64,000 nt of DNA from a bacterium (GTDB taxonomy: Bacteria > Myxococcota_A > UBA9160 > SZUA-336), in the NCBI GenBank assembly GCA_024226335.1, contig JAAELY010000311.1:18-64017 (forward strand). Direction: 5' to 3'. Position 1 is the first letter of the stretch, and each line of letters starts with the position of its first letter. This document shows positions 8,466 through 17,721 of this stretch, in pieces. The position numbers and the translations under genes were made by a program. The notes under the pieces were generated by a model. It ran no database searches, was not told the DNA's origin, and worked only from the letters and a program-made list of their open reading frames with translations.

Positions 8466-8498
8466 GCAGGCACTGCCTAGTTCTCAGGCAGTGCCTGC
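8466..8498. promoter_or_regulatory. Perfect 13-bp inverted repeat; candidate enhancer (bEBP) site for the amt-glnK sigma-54 promoter
   Basis: GCAGGCACTGCCT-agttctc-AGGCAGTGCCTGC. Its centre lies about 92 bp upstream of the -24 element. Confidence 0.45.
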
Positions 8499-8572
8499 TG
8501 GCGTTCTGGGCTAGAAATCCGCGAAACCTCCGCCTCAGGCGCTCACCGGCCCCGTCGGCCCGCGTCCTCGCA

Positions 8573-8588
8573 TGGCACAGGCCTTGCT
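8573..8588 (+). promoter_or_regulatory. Sigma-54 (RpoN) -24/-12 promoter
   Basis: TGGCAC-aggcc-TTGCT matches TGGCAC-N5-TTGCW at every conserved position and with correct spacing. It lies upstream of amt-glnK. Confidence 0.75.
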
Positions 8589-8655
8589 CTCGTGTCCTTC
8601 CAACTCTGGATTTCGACGTTTCTGGTGCGGACCCGGTCCGCGGAAGGGATATGCC

Positions 8656-9900
8656 TTGGAGAGCACGATCAACTCCGGCGATACAGCCTGGGTCATGGTT
8701 TCTTCTGCAATCGTCTTGATGATGACCCTGCCCGGCCTGGCGCTGTTCTACGGCGGCCTCGTACGGGCGAAGAACATCCTTTCAATCCTCATGCAATGTC
8801 TGATGTCGGCCGGCATCGTAGGCGTGGTGTGGGTGTTATGCGGCTACAGCCTGGCGTTCAGCGGCGACGGAGCATTCATTGGCGACTTCGCCAAGGCCGG
8901 ACTCAATGGAATCACCACGGACTCAGTATCTGGAACGATTCCCGAGTACGTCTTTGTCATCTTCCAGGCGATGTTTGCGATCATCACGCCCGCACTGATG
9001 ATCGGCGCATTCGCCGAACGCATGCGCTTCGGTCCCTATCTGGCCTTCATCGTGATCTGGTTGTTCGCGGTCTACATCCCGCTGGCGCACATGGTCTGGG
9101 GCGGTGGATACCTGGGCGGACAATTGGGCGCGTTGGATTTCGCGGGCGGACTCGTGGTGCATATGTCCAGTGGCTTCTCCGCGCTGGTCGCCGCGCTCTA
9201 CCTGGGGCAGCGAAAGGGCTATGGGCGCGTGGCCATGGCACCGCACAGTCTTCCGCTCACCGTGATTGGCGCAGCCATGCTCTGGGTGGGTTGGTTCGGC
9301 TTCAACGCGGGTAGCGCGCTGGCCGCCGACGGCACTGCAGCGCTGGCCTTCCTGACCACGAATACAGCCACCTGCGCGGCATTGCTGACCTGGGTCGCGA
9401 TCGAATGGCTTCGCTTCGGTAAACCCACGGTTCTGGGCGCGGCCACGGGCGCGGTTGCGGGACTGGTGGCGATCACGCCCGGTTGCGCATTCGTGTCGCC
9501 ACTGGCCTCGATCGCGATCGGCATCGGTTCGTCGGTGATCTGTTTTGCAGCGGTCGGCCTCCTGAAACCGGCCCTCGGCTATGACGATTCGCTCGACGTT
9601 TTCGGCGTGCACGGCGTCGGTGGAACCTGGGGAGCTCTGGCTACCGGACTCTTCATCTCCGCTTCGGCCCTGCCCGAAGGCGTGACCTGGGGCGAGCAAC
9701 TCGGCAAGCAGGTGATCAGCATCGGCTTCACCGCGGTTTTCGCCGGAGTCACCACGATCGCGATCCTGGTCGGCTTGCGGCTCGTCATGGGTGATCTGCG
9801 GGTCCACGAGGAAGACGAAGCCGAAGGCCTGGATCTGGCGCTTCACTCCGAAACCGCATACGCCGGAACCAGCGGATCTCACGTCGCGGAACACTCCTAG
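8656..9900 (+). CDS. amtB: Ammonium transporter (Amt family)
   Basis: Track ORF is 8572..9900. The ATG at 8572 lies inside the sigma-54 promoter. The in-frame TTG at 8656, preceded by GGAAGGG, gives (M)ESTINSGDTAWVMVSSAIVLMMTLPGLALFYGGLVRAKN, a canonical Amt N-terminus. About 11 TM segments follow. The exact start is uncertain. Confidence 0.9.
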   Translation: MESTINSGDTAWVMVSSAIVLMMTLPGLALFYGGLVRAKNILSILMQCLMSAGIVGVVWVLCGYSLAFSGDGAFIGDFAKAGLNGITTDSVSGTIPEYVFVIFQAMFAIITPALMIGAFAERMRFGPYLAFIVIWLFAVYIPLAHMVWGGGYLGGQLGALDFAGGLVVHMSSGFSALVAALYLGQRKGYGRVAMAPHSLPLTVIGAAMLWVGWFGFNAGSALAADGTAALAFLTTNTATCAALLTWVAIEWLRFGKPTVLGAATGAVAGLVAITPGCAFVSPLASIAIGIGSSVICFAAVGLLKPALGYDDSLDVFGVHGVGGTWGALATGLFISASALPEGVTWGEQLGKQVISIGFTAVFAGVTTIAILVGLRLVMGDLRVHEEDEAEGLDLALHSETAYAGTSGSHVAEHS

Positions 9901-9926
9901 GTCACAAGCGTGCATCCAACACCTAA

Positions 9927-10361
<435 letters not shown>

Positions 10362-10377
10362 CTCCGCAGTCTGATCT

Positions 10378-11196
10378 TCAGGAAGAGCGGCCTCGCACCG
10401 AGAGTGAGGGGCCGCTCTTGCGATCCTCCACTTCGACGAGGAAGTCCTCCAGTACGGTGCGGTAGCGCTCGGGTTCTTCGAGGAACGCGCTGTGCGAACT
10501 CTGTTCGAAACAGACCCAGCGCGAGTCGGGAATCCCATTGCGGATCCGTTCCATATGCGTTGGGGTCGCCTCGTCGAAACGACCGGAAGTGATGAGTGTG
10601 GGGACATCGATCTCAGCCAGTCTCTCTTCGACGTCCCAGTTCGCCAGACTGCCCGTGGCAAAGAAATCACTCGGCCCCCACATGGCTTCGTAGAGTTCCG
10701 TATTGAAGCCGGCGATACCGTCGAACAAGACATCTGGCGCCGGATCCAGTCGGTAGACGTGTTGTCGCAGGAACGCGAGCCCGGCGATCTGGTAGGCGGC
10801 CGCGCGCAGGAAGGGAAGCCGCGAGGCCAACCCGGCGATGCGCTGCCCGACCGCGCCGGACATCAACCCGGCAGTGATCGCGATGAGGCGCCCTCGGCGC
10901 TTCATGGTTTCGGCCGAGAGGCCCGGACGATCCGATCCACGTCGCGGCTCGGCCTGGTGAAAGGACTTTTCGAAACGCTGCATGGTGGCCTGGACGGAAT
11001 CCGGTAGCCCTTGGCGAAGCCGATGGGTCTCTTCGGCCCAGAAGGAAGTACTGCACAGAGAACTCGCCAGGACCAGGCTGGCCACACCCGCGGGCCGACC
11101 GAAGAGGTATTCCAGAGCCAACATCCCACCCCAGGACCGCCGTGGACCGACCTTCCGGGTACGCGACGGGCGCCAGTGCCGCAATTCCGTTCGCAC
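10378..11196 (-). pseudogene. 5'-truncated prolyl-aminopeptidase-like alpha/beta hydrolase
   Basis: The ORF begins only about 20 codons before the nucleophile elbow (..RRSWGGMLALEY, expected G-H-S-W-G-G). The C-terminal two thirds are intact (...EIDVPTLITSGRFDEATP...FEQSSHSAFLEEPERY). The roughly 70-90 N-terminal residues carrying the HGGPG oxyanion region are missing. Only 36 nt separate this ORF from the upstream gene stop (11233). Confidence 0.55.
10383..10419. terminator. Strong hairpin between convergent glnK and hydrolase remnant
   Basis: AAGAGCGGCC-N17-GGCCGCTCTT is a perfect 10-bp stem, 22 nt after the glnK stop. It overlaps the last codons of ORF 10378..11196(-). There is no clear U tract. 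Confidence 0.5.
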
Positions 11197-11232
11197 GCGC
11201 GGATCGGAATCCTTCCGAGCCGCTTCTCTTGT

Positions 11233-12501
11233 TCAGATATACGTTCCCAGGGCCTCGGCGGTCAGCGTTCCGTCTTTCACTCCCTTCCCGATGTCGCCCA
11301 GATCTGCGAGGAATGTTTCCACCACGACATCGTCGACGGGTTCGGCCGAGGGATGCACGTAAATCGGGTCGAACGTTCCCCAGGGGAAGTAGCCCTTCTC
11401 GACGAGTCCACCGAAGACCTTCAGCATGTCGAGAGTTTCGGAGCGAAAGGGCAAGAGGAGGGACTCGTTCGGAAGGCAGCGGAAGTCCTCTACGGCTTCG
11501 ATCCCGGCGACGAGCCGATCTTTGACCTCGAGTGAACGCCGCGCAAGGTCGACGTAGCCGTCCTCGCCCAGGAAGTTCATGACCGCCCACGCCGCCGCCA
11601 CTGCGGCCATGGGACGGCTGCCAATGACTCCTTGAGTGCGGTACATGCCGGATTGCCAGTCGCTGATTGCGACACCCGTCCAGTGGTGTTGCTGAAGCTC
11701 TTCATTGCGGTAGAGCACGGTCGAACACGGCTTTGCCGCATAACCGTGTTTATGAAGATCGGCCGAGATCGACTTGACCCCGGGTACACGGAAATCATAC
11801 GGAGTCAGTTCGATCCCAAGACGTTCCATGAAGGGCAACAGGAAGCCGCCCACGCAGCAATCCGTGTGCATCCAGAGATCGTGCCGCTCTGCCAGTGCGG
11901 CGATCTCGTGGATCGGATCGAGCAGGCCGAAGCCCCAACAAGGAGCCGATCCAACCAGGACCAGTGTCCTTGGTGTGATCGCGGCTTCGAGCGCATCGAC
12001 ATCCGCGCGCAGATCCGCACCGACGGGAACTCGAACGAGTTCCATACCCAGGTAGTGTGCGGCCTTGTCGAACGTCGCGTGCGCCGTCCGCGGCATGACG
12101 ATCTGGTAGGGCTCGGAAATATCGGGCCGGGTCGCCCGCGCCCATTCCCGTGCGGTGTGCATGGCGCACATGATGCTTTCGGTCCCACCGCTGGTGATAT
12201 TCGCGCGCCCTTCCGCCCCTCCGCCTAGCAAGCGCACGGCCATCTCGAGAACCTCCCTCTGGATGCGTCCCTGACCCGGGTGGTACTCGGCCAACACGGC
12301 GTTGGTGTGGAAGTACATGAAGTACGCCTTGCGACAGACTTCGTGGACGCGCTCATCGCCCTTGTGGATCCCGGTGAGGAGCCGCAGATGGACGTCCTCG
12401 TCCAGATCCATGGCCTGGAAACCCAGGAGATCCGCCTCGACCTCCTGCCAGGATCGGCCTTTCTCGGGAAGGAAAGTCGGCAGTTCTTGCGTTTTCGGCA
12501 T
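11233..12501 (-). CDS. PLP-dependent lyase/decarboxylase, sphingosine-1-phosphate-lyase-like (group II decarboxylase fold)
   Basis: 422 aa: ITSGGTESIMCAMH, RTAHATFDKAAHYLG, VGSAPCWGFGLLDPI, MHTDCCVGGFLLPF, FDFRVPGVKSISADLHKHGYAAKPCSTVLYR (PLP-Lys). AAGGAG lies 7 nt upstream of the ATG. Confidence 0.75.
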   Translation of the reverse strand: MPKTQELPTFLPEKGRSWQEVEADLLGFQAMDLDEDVHLRLLTGIHKGDERVHEVCRKAYFMYFHTNAVLAEYHPGQGRIQREVLEMAVRLLGGGAEGRANITSGGTESIMCAMHTAREWARATRPDISEPYQIVMPRTAHATFDKAAHYLGMELVRVPVGADLRADVDALEAAITPRTLVLVGSAPCWGFGLLDPIHEIAALAERHDLWMHTDCCVGGFLLPFMERLGIELTPYDFRVPGVKSISADLHKHGYAAKPCSTVLYRNEELQQHHWTGVAISDWQSGMYRTQGVIGSRPMAAVAAAWAVMNFLGEDGYVDLARRSLEVKDRLVAGIEAVEDFRCLPNESLLLPFRSETLDMLKVFGGLVEKGYFPWGTFDPIYVHPSAEPVDDVVVETFLADLGDIGKGVKDGTLTAEALGTYI

Positions 12502-12607
12502 GATCGACTCCTTGAAATTCTGTTGAGGACCGGGTATTTGGCCCGTACATGAGCAATGTTCGTGTTATTGATTATGAACAACGCTCACGTTAAGATCAAG
12601 GACGAAG

Positions 12608-13261
12608 ATGAAAACCAGACCCTCCATGCGTGAGATCGAGCCGGCCGATAGCCCCCTCTGGAGGGAACCCTCCCAGGAGAGGAGTCGTCTGCGGGTAGAG
12701 GGAATCCTGGCCGCCGCCCGGCAACTGATCGGTGAGAAGGGCTCAGAACACCTGAAGATGCGTGAGACCGCGGAGCGCGCGGGCGTCCCGATCGGATCGC
12801 TCTACCAGTTCTTTCCCGACCGAACCGCGTTGCTCGCGTGCCTTTTCTCCAAGCACCTGGGCGTCGTCAACCGGATGCTGCGCGAGAAGTTCGAAGCCGT
12901 AGCGAATGCGGAACAACTCCAAGCGGCTGCGGAAGAACTCGTCGAGTCCATCTACCGTCTTCTCCAGGAGGATCCCGCCCTGGTCGACATCTGGACGGGA
13001 ATACAGGCGAGCAAGGCCATTCGACACCTGGATCTGAATGACTCGCGCGACACCGCCCAGTTCATGTTCGATACCGTTCGCCGTCTGCTCGATCCAGAGA
13101 TCCCGGACAAGCGCCTGTGGAGAGCGTGTTTCCTGGTCTGCGATCTCGCGGGTGCGGCCAGCCGAACCGCACTCGGACTGCCGAACGAGGAAGGGGCTGA
13201 ACTGGTTCGCGAGTACTCGCACATGGCGGGCGCGTACTTGAGTTCGATCCTCGACGCCTGA
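12608..13261 (+). CDS. TetR-family transcriptional regulator
   Basis: 217 aa with HTH region ILAAARQLIGEKGSEHLKMRETAERAGVPIGSLYQFFPDRTALL. It is divergent from the PLP enzyme across a visibly AT-richer 106-bp spacer. Confidence 0.9.
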   Translation: MKTRPSMREIEPADSPLWREPSQERSRLRVEGILAAARQLIGEKGSEHLKMRETAERAGVPIGSLYQFFPDRTALLACLFSKHLGVVNRMLREKFEAVANAEQLQAAAEELVESIYRLLQEDPALVDIWTGIQASKAIRHLDLNDSRDTAQFMFDTVRRLLDPEIPDKRLWRACFLVCDLAGAASRTALGLPNEEGAELVREYSHMAGAYLSSILDA

Positions 13262-13302
13262 GCCGATCGAAGAATTTTCGGCACCCAGATCGCAGCGGAA
13301 AC

Positions 13303-14754
13303 CTAACGACCCCGATCGACCACGATGAAGAGCGTCGTGTTCCCGCGTCGAACCCTGAATAGGGGCTGTTCACCGGCAACGGCGAGACCGCCGCGCAGGT
13401 CATCGGGCGTGGCGAGCCGTTTGCGGTCCATCTCGAGCAGGACATCGCCCTCTTCGAGGCCCACCGCATCCGACGAACCCCCGGGCTGGACCCGAGTGAT
13501 GACCAGACCGTCGTCCACATCCAGTCCGTAGCGCTCCTTCAAATCGGGAGAGTTCGGCTCGATCTCGATTCCGAGTGATGCGCCGCCCAGAGCTTCGCCA
13601 GCCTGGGCCGTCTCCTGCAGTTCTTCGAGCTCTGCGACCCGCACGGAGAAGGTTCGCCTTTTGCCCATGCGCAGCACTTCGATCTCGGCCGGTTCTCCGA
13701 CCTTCGCGTCTGCAACCACGTGGGTGAGATCTCGCAGGTTCTCGATGGGCAGCCCGGCAATCCGAACAATCACGTCTCCGGGAAAGATGCCGCCCAGATC
13801 TGCGGGACCGCCGGTTTCCACGTTGGAGACCAGCGCACCCTGCAGGTTCGCCAAGCCCAATGCTTTGGCCAGCCCCTTGGTGACCGGCTGCACCATCACG
13901 CCCAGGAAACCGCGTTGCACCCGGCCACTGGCTTCGAGTTGCGGGAGAATCCTCTTGGCCATGTTGATCGGAACGGCGAAGCCGATCGTATTGGCGCGCG
14001 GATTGATCGCGGTATTGATGCCGATCACGCGGCCCTGCAGATCGATCAGTGGGCCGCCAGAGTTGCCCGGATTGATGGCTGCATCGGTCTGGATGAAATC
14101 GTCGTACGGCCCCTGGCCGATGTCGCGGCCTTTCGCACTGACGATTCCGGCGGTCACCGTGTGCCCCAGTCCGAAGGGATTGCCGATGGCGACGACCCAG
14201 TCGCCAGGCAATACCACGTCGGAATCGCCCAGGGGAAGCGCATCGAGATCACTCGCTCCTGCGGCGCGAAGCAAGGCCAGATCGGTCATGGGATCGAGTC
14301 CGACGACGCTCGCCTGTAGTTTGCGTCCGTCGCGCAGTACGACCTCGATTTCGTCCACACCCTCGACCACGTGATTGTTGGTGACGATGAGCCCGTCGGG
14401 CGAGATGATGAAACCGGTTCCCAGACTGGGTAGCTTGCGCTCCGCACGCTCGCGCCGCGGACGCTGACCTCGACGACTCTGGAAGCGCTCGAAGAGCCCG
14501 GGAAACGGCGCTCGGCCGGCGTCCAGCGAAGGCTGCGCAACCGTGCGAGAGGTGTGCACCTTCACCACGCCAGACGCCGCTTTCAACGCGAGCACGGCGA
14601 AACGCGAGTGCGCACCGTCGCCGATCTCGGCCATCTCGCCGGGTGCGGCAAGGGCGTCGGGATCGGCGCTCTTTTCGTCGGTCGCGAGAAACCAGGCTCC
14701 GATCAGCCCGCCGAGAAGGCCCGCAGCCAGGGCCGGAAGAATACTTCGCAACAA
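13303..14754 (-). CDS. Periplasmic serine endoprotease, HtrA/DegP/DegQ family (two PDZ domains)
   Basis: 483 aa with an N-terminal TM/signal. Trypsin-like core ...TNNHVV..., ...DLALL..., TDAAINPGNSGGPL, followed by two PDZ-like segments. Confidence 0.9.
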   Translation of the reverse strand: MLRSILPALAAGLLGGLIGAWFLATDEKSADPDALAAPGEMAEIGDGAHSRFAVLALKAASGVVKVHTSRTVAQPSLDAGRAPFPGLFERFQSRRGQRPRRERAERKLPSLGTGFIISPDGLIVTNNHVVEGVDEIEVVLRDGRKLQASVVGLDPMTDLALLRAAGASDLDALPLGDSDVVLPGDWVVAIGNPFGLGHTVTAGIVSAKGRDIGQGPYDDFIQTDAAINPGNSGGPLIDLQGRVIGINTAINPRANTIGFAVPINMAKRILPQLEASGRVQRGFLGVMVQPVTKGLAKALGLANLQGALVSNVETGGPADLGGIFPGDVIVRIAGLPIENLRDLTHVVADAKVGEPAEIEVLRMGKRRTFSVRVAELEELQETAQAGEALGGASLGIEIEPNSPDLKERYGLDVDDGLVITRVQPGGSSDAVGLEEGDVLLEMDRKRLATPDDLRGGLAVAGEQPLFRVRRGNTTLFIVVDRGR

Positions 14755-14784
14755 ACCTGGGTCCCCCTTGGATGGTATCCGCGT

Positions 14785-15444
14785 CTAGAGCAGATCGAGT
14801 AGTTCGGGCAGCGCCGTGATTCGATGCTGCGGCCCGGGCTGATCCTGCGGCCAGTCGTGGTTGGCCTGCAGCCAGATTCCGGTCAGCCCCGCGTCCCGTG
14901 CACCCACGACGTCATTTTGCGGATGGTCGCCGACGAACCAGGCGTGTTCGGGAGCGACCTGGATCGGCTTGAGCGCGCGCTCGAAGATACGCGCGTCGGG
15001 CTTGGATATATCATCATCCCCCGAGACCGCGACGCTGGAGAAGTAATCCACCACTTCCAGGTGCAGGAGCTTGGAACGCTGCCCGAGCGCCGGACCGTTG
15101 GTCACGACAGCCAGTTCGATGCCCCTTTCGCGCAAAGCGATCAACGTGTCGCGCATCCCGAGCCGCGCGATGCAGCACTCCGGGTAGGTCCCGGTCCAGT
15201 GATCGAAAAGCTGCTCGTGGCCGGGCGAGGAGATCCACGGCAATTGCTCGTGCAGGTCTTCGGCACGACGCGGATTGTATCCGTTCTGGTCGATGCTCAC
15301 GATCCGGTCGTAGAGATCGGCGCCGGAAAGCTCCTCGAGTCGTTCCCCAAACTCGGAAGCGAAGATGCGCGCGTAACCGGCCAGCGAAACGCGCCGGTCG
15401 GTCAACGTGTCGTCCAGGTCGAAGAGGATTGCCTCGGGCTTCAC
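14785..15444 (-). CDS. HAD-superfamily hydrolase
   Basis: Track ORF is 14785..15705. I use the GTG at 15444, which overlaps the upstream stop (GTGA), giving (M)KPEAILFDLDDTLTD (DxDxT motif I)...VVTNGP...FVGDHPQNDVVGARDAG. Confidence 0.8.
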   Translation of the reverse strand: MKPEAILFDLDDTLTDRRVSLAGYARIFASEFGERLEELSGADLYDRIVSIDQNGYNPRRAEDLHEQLPWISSPGHEQLFDHWTGTYPECCIARLGMRDTLIALRERGIELAVVTNGPALGQRSKLLHLEVVDYFSSVAVSGDDDISKPDARIFERALKPIQVAPEHAWFVGDHPQNDVVGARDAGLTGIWLQANHDWPQDQPGPQHRITALPELLDLL

Positions 15445-16163
15445 GAGCGCACGAGCCGCCGGTGAGTCGCCCTCGCGTTCGAGGCGATCGGAATGCCGTA
15501 CGGACACGCATCCGAGCAAGCTTGCGCGAGTTCCAGATCGCCGTAGTCTTCCGCGTACATGCGCGTGCGCAGGACTTCTGGAATCTCCACTCCCCGGGGA
15601 CAGACCCCGGAGCAGCCAGCGCAACCGTGGCGGCGGTAACGGCTCGTACGATGCTGCGCGTAGCGAAAAAGCAGGCGCGGATCGTTCCAGGCACTGCGCT
15701 GCCAACCCGAAGCGCCCAGGTACTCGTCGGCCTGCGGGCGACGGGTCATCGAGACGATCAGCGCGTCGACGCGGGGATTCGAAAGCACCCAGCGAAACGC
15801 GGCCTGGGGAAAGCTCCCCGCGCTCGTCTCGTAGGGCTTCAAGTCGTTGAGTTTGCCGCCCATCAGGGTCTTCATGGCCACCACGCCGATGATCTTCTCT
15901 GAATCACCACCGCGACAGCCTTCCGCTGTATCGAAGTAGTGGATGCCCAGGTCGAAGGCCTCGCGTACCAGTCGCTCATCGAAGCCGCGCCGACTCCCGC
16001 CAAACGAGATATCGGAAATCTCCATACCCGTCTTGCCCAGGCTCGCATAGCGACGCACGCGCGGCGCCTCGGGCTCAGCCCGCGCGACAACAGGCAAGAA
16101 GCTCGTCGCAGCACCTACGGCGATCCCCTGACGCAAAAACTCGCGACGATCGATTGGAGTCAT
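15441..16163 (-). CDS. Tat-signal aldo/keto-reductase-like Fe-S protein, apparently internally deleted (possible pseudogene)
   Basis: Track ORF is 15441..16319, and its first about 25 codons are the translated tRNA-Pro gene. ATG 16163 (alternative 16193) gives MTPIDRREFLRQGIAVGAATSF, a twin-arginine signal. The AKR N-terminus (LGKTGMEISDISFGG...DLGIHYFDTAEGCRGGDSEKIIG) runs directly into the late strand VVAMKTLMGG. A C-terminal Cys-rich region follows (CAGCSGVCPRGVEIPEV...ACSDACPYGIPI). Confidence 0.6.
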   Translation of the reverse strand: MTPIDRREFLRQGIAVGAATSFLPVVARAEPEAPRVRRYASLGKTGMEISDISFGGSRRGFDERLVREAFDLGIHYFDTAEGCRGGDSEKIIGVVAMKTLMGGKLNDLKPYETSAGSFPQAAFRWVLSNPRVDALIVSMTRRPQADEYLGASGWQRSAWNDPRLLFRYAQHRTSRYRRHGCAGCSGVCPRGVEIPEVLRTRMYAEDYGDLELAQACSDACPYGIPIASNARATHRRLVRS

Positions 16164-16258
16164 GCTCTGATGTGAGCGATCGCGAAAGCGCATGTCAAGG
16201 CTCTTGCTCAGCCGGCCAGCCGCCTGATCGGCCTCGCGCTCGCGTTGCGGGTCCTCGC

Positions 16259-16335
16259 TGGTCGGGGCGGCCGGATTCGAACCGGCGACCTCATGCTCCC
16301 AAAGCACGCGCGCTACCAAGCTGCGCTACGCCCCG
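16259..16335 (-). tRNA. tRNA-Pro (anticodon UGG), CCA encoded
   Basis: Reverse strand folds as CGGGGCG-TA-GCGC-AGCTTGGTA-GCGC-G-CGTGC-TTTGGGA-GCATG-AGGTC-GCCGG-TTCGAAT-CCGGC-CGCCCCG-A-CCA. The cloverleaf is complete, with anticodon loop TT-TGG-GA (G37). Confidence 0.93.
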
Positions 16336-16372
16336 TTCTCGAGCGAGAGCGCAGACGGTACACTCTGCCCGA

Positions 16373-17005
16373 TCAGACGTCGATCTGATCGATCAGGGCT
16401 TCGAACGGAGACAGGAAGCTGCGCAGTGCGGCGGCGCGATGCGAAACGCGCTGCTTCTGCTCGGGTTTGACTTCGGCCATGGTGTCGGGCGCCAGGCGAT
16501 CGGCGATGAAGAGCGGATCGTAGCCGAAACCGCCCTTGCCGCGCGGCTCATCCGCGATCTGGCCATCGCAGCGGCCATGACTGGTCAGCAGGACCTCGCC
16601 GTCGGGCCGGGCCAATGCGATCACGCAAGCGTAGTGGGCGGTGCGGCGGCTGGCGCCCGCGAGCTCGCGCAGCAGTTTTTCGTTGTTCGCGGCGTCGTCG
16701 CCGTGAACGCCGGAGAAACGCGCAGAGTGGATGCCGGGGGCGCCGCCGAGAGCATCGACACACAGACCGGAGTCCTCGGCAATCACCCAGCGACCGGTCG
16801 CGCCCGCCGTTTGCAAGGCTTTCAGGCGAGCGTTTTCCTCGAAGGTGGTTCCCGTCTCTTCGACTTCGGGTGCGTCCGGGTAGGCGTCGAGGGTTTCGAC
16901 CTCGACTCCTACACGGGCCAGGCGTTCGCGCATCTCGCGCACCTTGCCCGCGTTGCGCGTGGCCAGCAGGACCCGCTTTTTCGGACTCGCGGGGCCCGGG
17001 CTCAA
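16373..17005 (-). CDS. rdgB: Non-canonical purine NTP pyrophosphatase (RdgB/HAM1 family)
   Basis: 210 aa: [14 protein letters not shown]...[10 protein letters not shown]...[21 protein letters not shown]...FGYDPLF...SHRAAAL. There is a 4-nt overlap with rph. Confidence 0.9.
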   Translation of the reverse strand: MSPGPASPKKRVLLATRNAGKVREMRERLARVGVEVETLDAYPDAPEVEETGTTFEENARLKALQTAGATGRWVIAEDSGLCVDALGGAPGIHSARFSGVHGDDAANNEKLLRELAGASRRTAHYACVIALARPDGEVLLTSHGRCDGQIADEPRGKGGFGYDPLFIADRLAPDTMAEVKPEQKQRVSHRAAALRSFLSPFEALIDQIDV

Positions 17006-17721
17006 CGTGCCAGAGCCTCCCGCTGCAGTTGCGTGAGCTCGTCGATGCCCTTTTCGGCGAGGTCGAGCATACGGTCGAGCAGCTTGCGGTCGAAGGTGCC
17101 GCCTTCACCGGTTCCCTGGACTTCGACCAGTCGCCCCTTGCCCGTGCGCACCACGTTCATGTCGACATCGGCGCGCGCGTCTTCGGGATACGGCAGGTCG
17201 AGCAGGATGTCTCCGCCCACGATTCCAACGGAGATCGCGGCAACCGAGTCGATCATCGGACTCTGTTTGAGCTGTCCGGCAGCGACGATGCGCTGGCAGG
17301 CCTGTGCGAGCGCGACGTAGCCGCCCGTGATCGCGGCCGTGCGCGTGCCGCCATCGGCCTGTAGCACGTCGCAGTCCACCGTAATGCTTCGCTCGCCGAG
17401 GGCATCCAGATCGATCACCGCGCGCAGTGAGCGGCCGATCAGACGCTGAATCTCCATGGTGCGCCCGGAGATCTTGCCCTTTGCGGATTCCCGGTCGTTG
17501 CGCGTGTCGGTCGAACCCGGAAGCATCGAATACTCGGCCGTCACCCAACCGCGCCCGCCGCCTCGCAACCAGCCGGGCACCGATTCGCCCAGGCTCGCAG
17601 TGCACAGCACCAGGGTGCGGCCCATGCGGATCAGTGCGGAACCGGCCGGATTCTCTACAAAGTCCAGTTCGATCTGAACAGGTCGCAGCTCATCGGCTGC
17701 GCGTCCGTCACCTCGACTCAC
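17002..17721 (-). CDS. rph: Ribonuclease PH
   Basis: 239 aa: [42 protein letters not shown]...[17 protein letters not shown]...[18 protein letters not shown]. Confidence 0.95.
   Translation of the reverse strand: MSRGDGRAADELRPVQIELDFVENPAGSALIRMGRTLVLCTASLGESVPGWLRGGGRGWVTAEYSMLPGSTDTRNDRESAKGKISGRTMEIQRLIGRSLRAVIDLDALGERSITVDCDVLQADGGTRTAAITGGYVALAQACQRIVAAGQLKQSPMIDSVAAISVGIVGGDILLDLPYPEDARADVDMNVVRTGKGRLVEVQGTGEGGTFDRKLLDRMLDLAEKGIDELTQLQREALAR

Noticed and set aside
8572-8655. N-terminal 28-codon extension of the ammonium transporter (MAQALLSCPSNSGFRRFWCGPGPRKGYA)
   Set aside because: The ATG lies inside a consensus sigma-54 promoter. The extension is neither signal-peptide-like nor Amt-like. 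A TTG with an RBS at 8656 restores a canonical N-terminus.
12502-12607. TAACAC-N5-TTGC on the minus strand upstream of the SPL-like gene as an RpoN promoter
   Set aside because: The invariant GG of the -24 element is AA.
16164-16319. N-terminal extension of ORF 15441..16319 (MVARVLWEHEVAGSNPAAPT...)
   Set aside because: These codons are the reverse-strand tRNA-Pro gene read as protein. GSNP from GGTTCGAATCC is the usual give-away.
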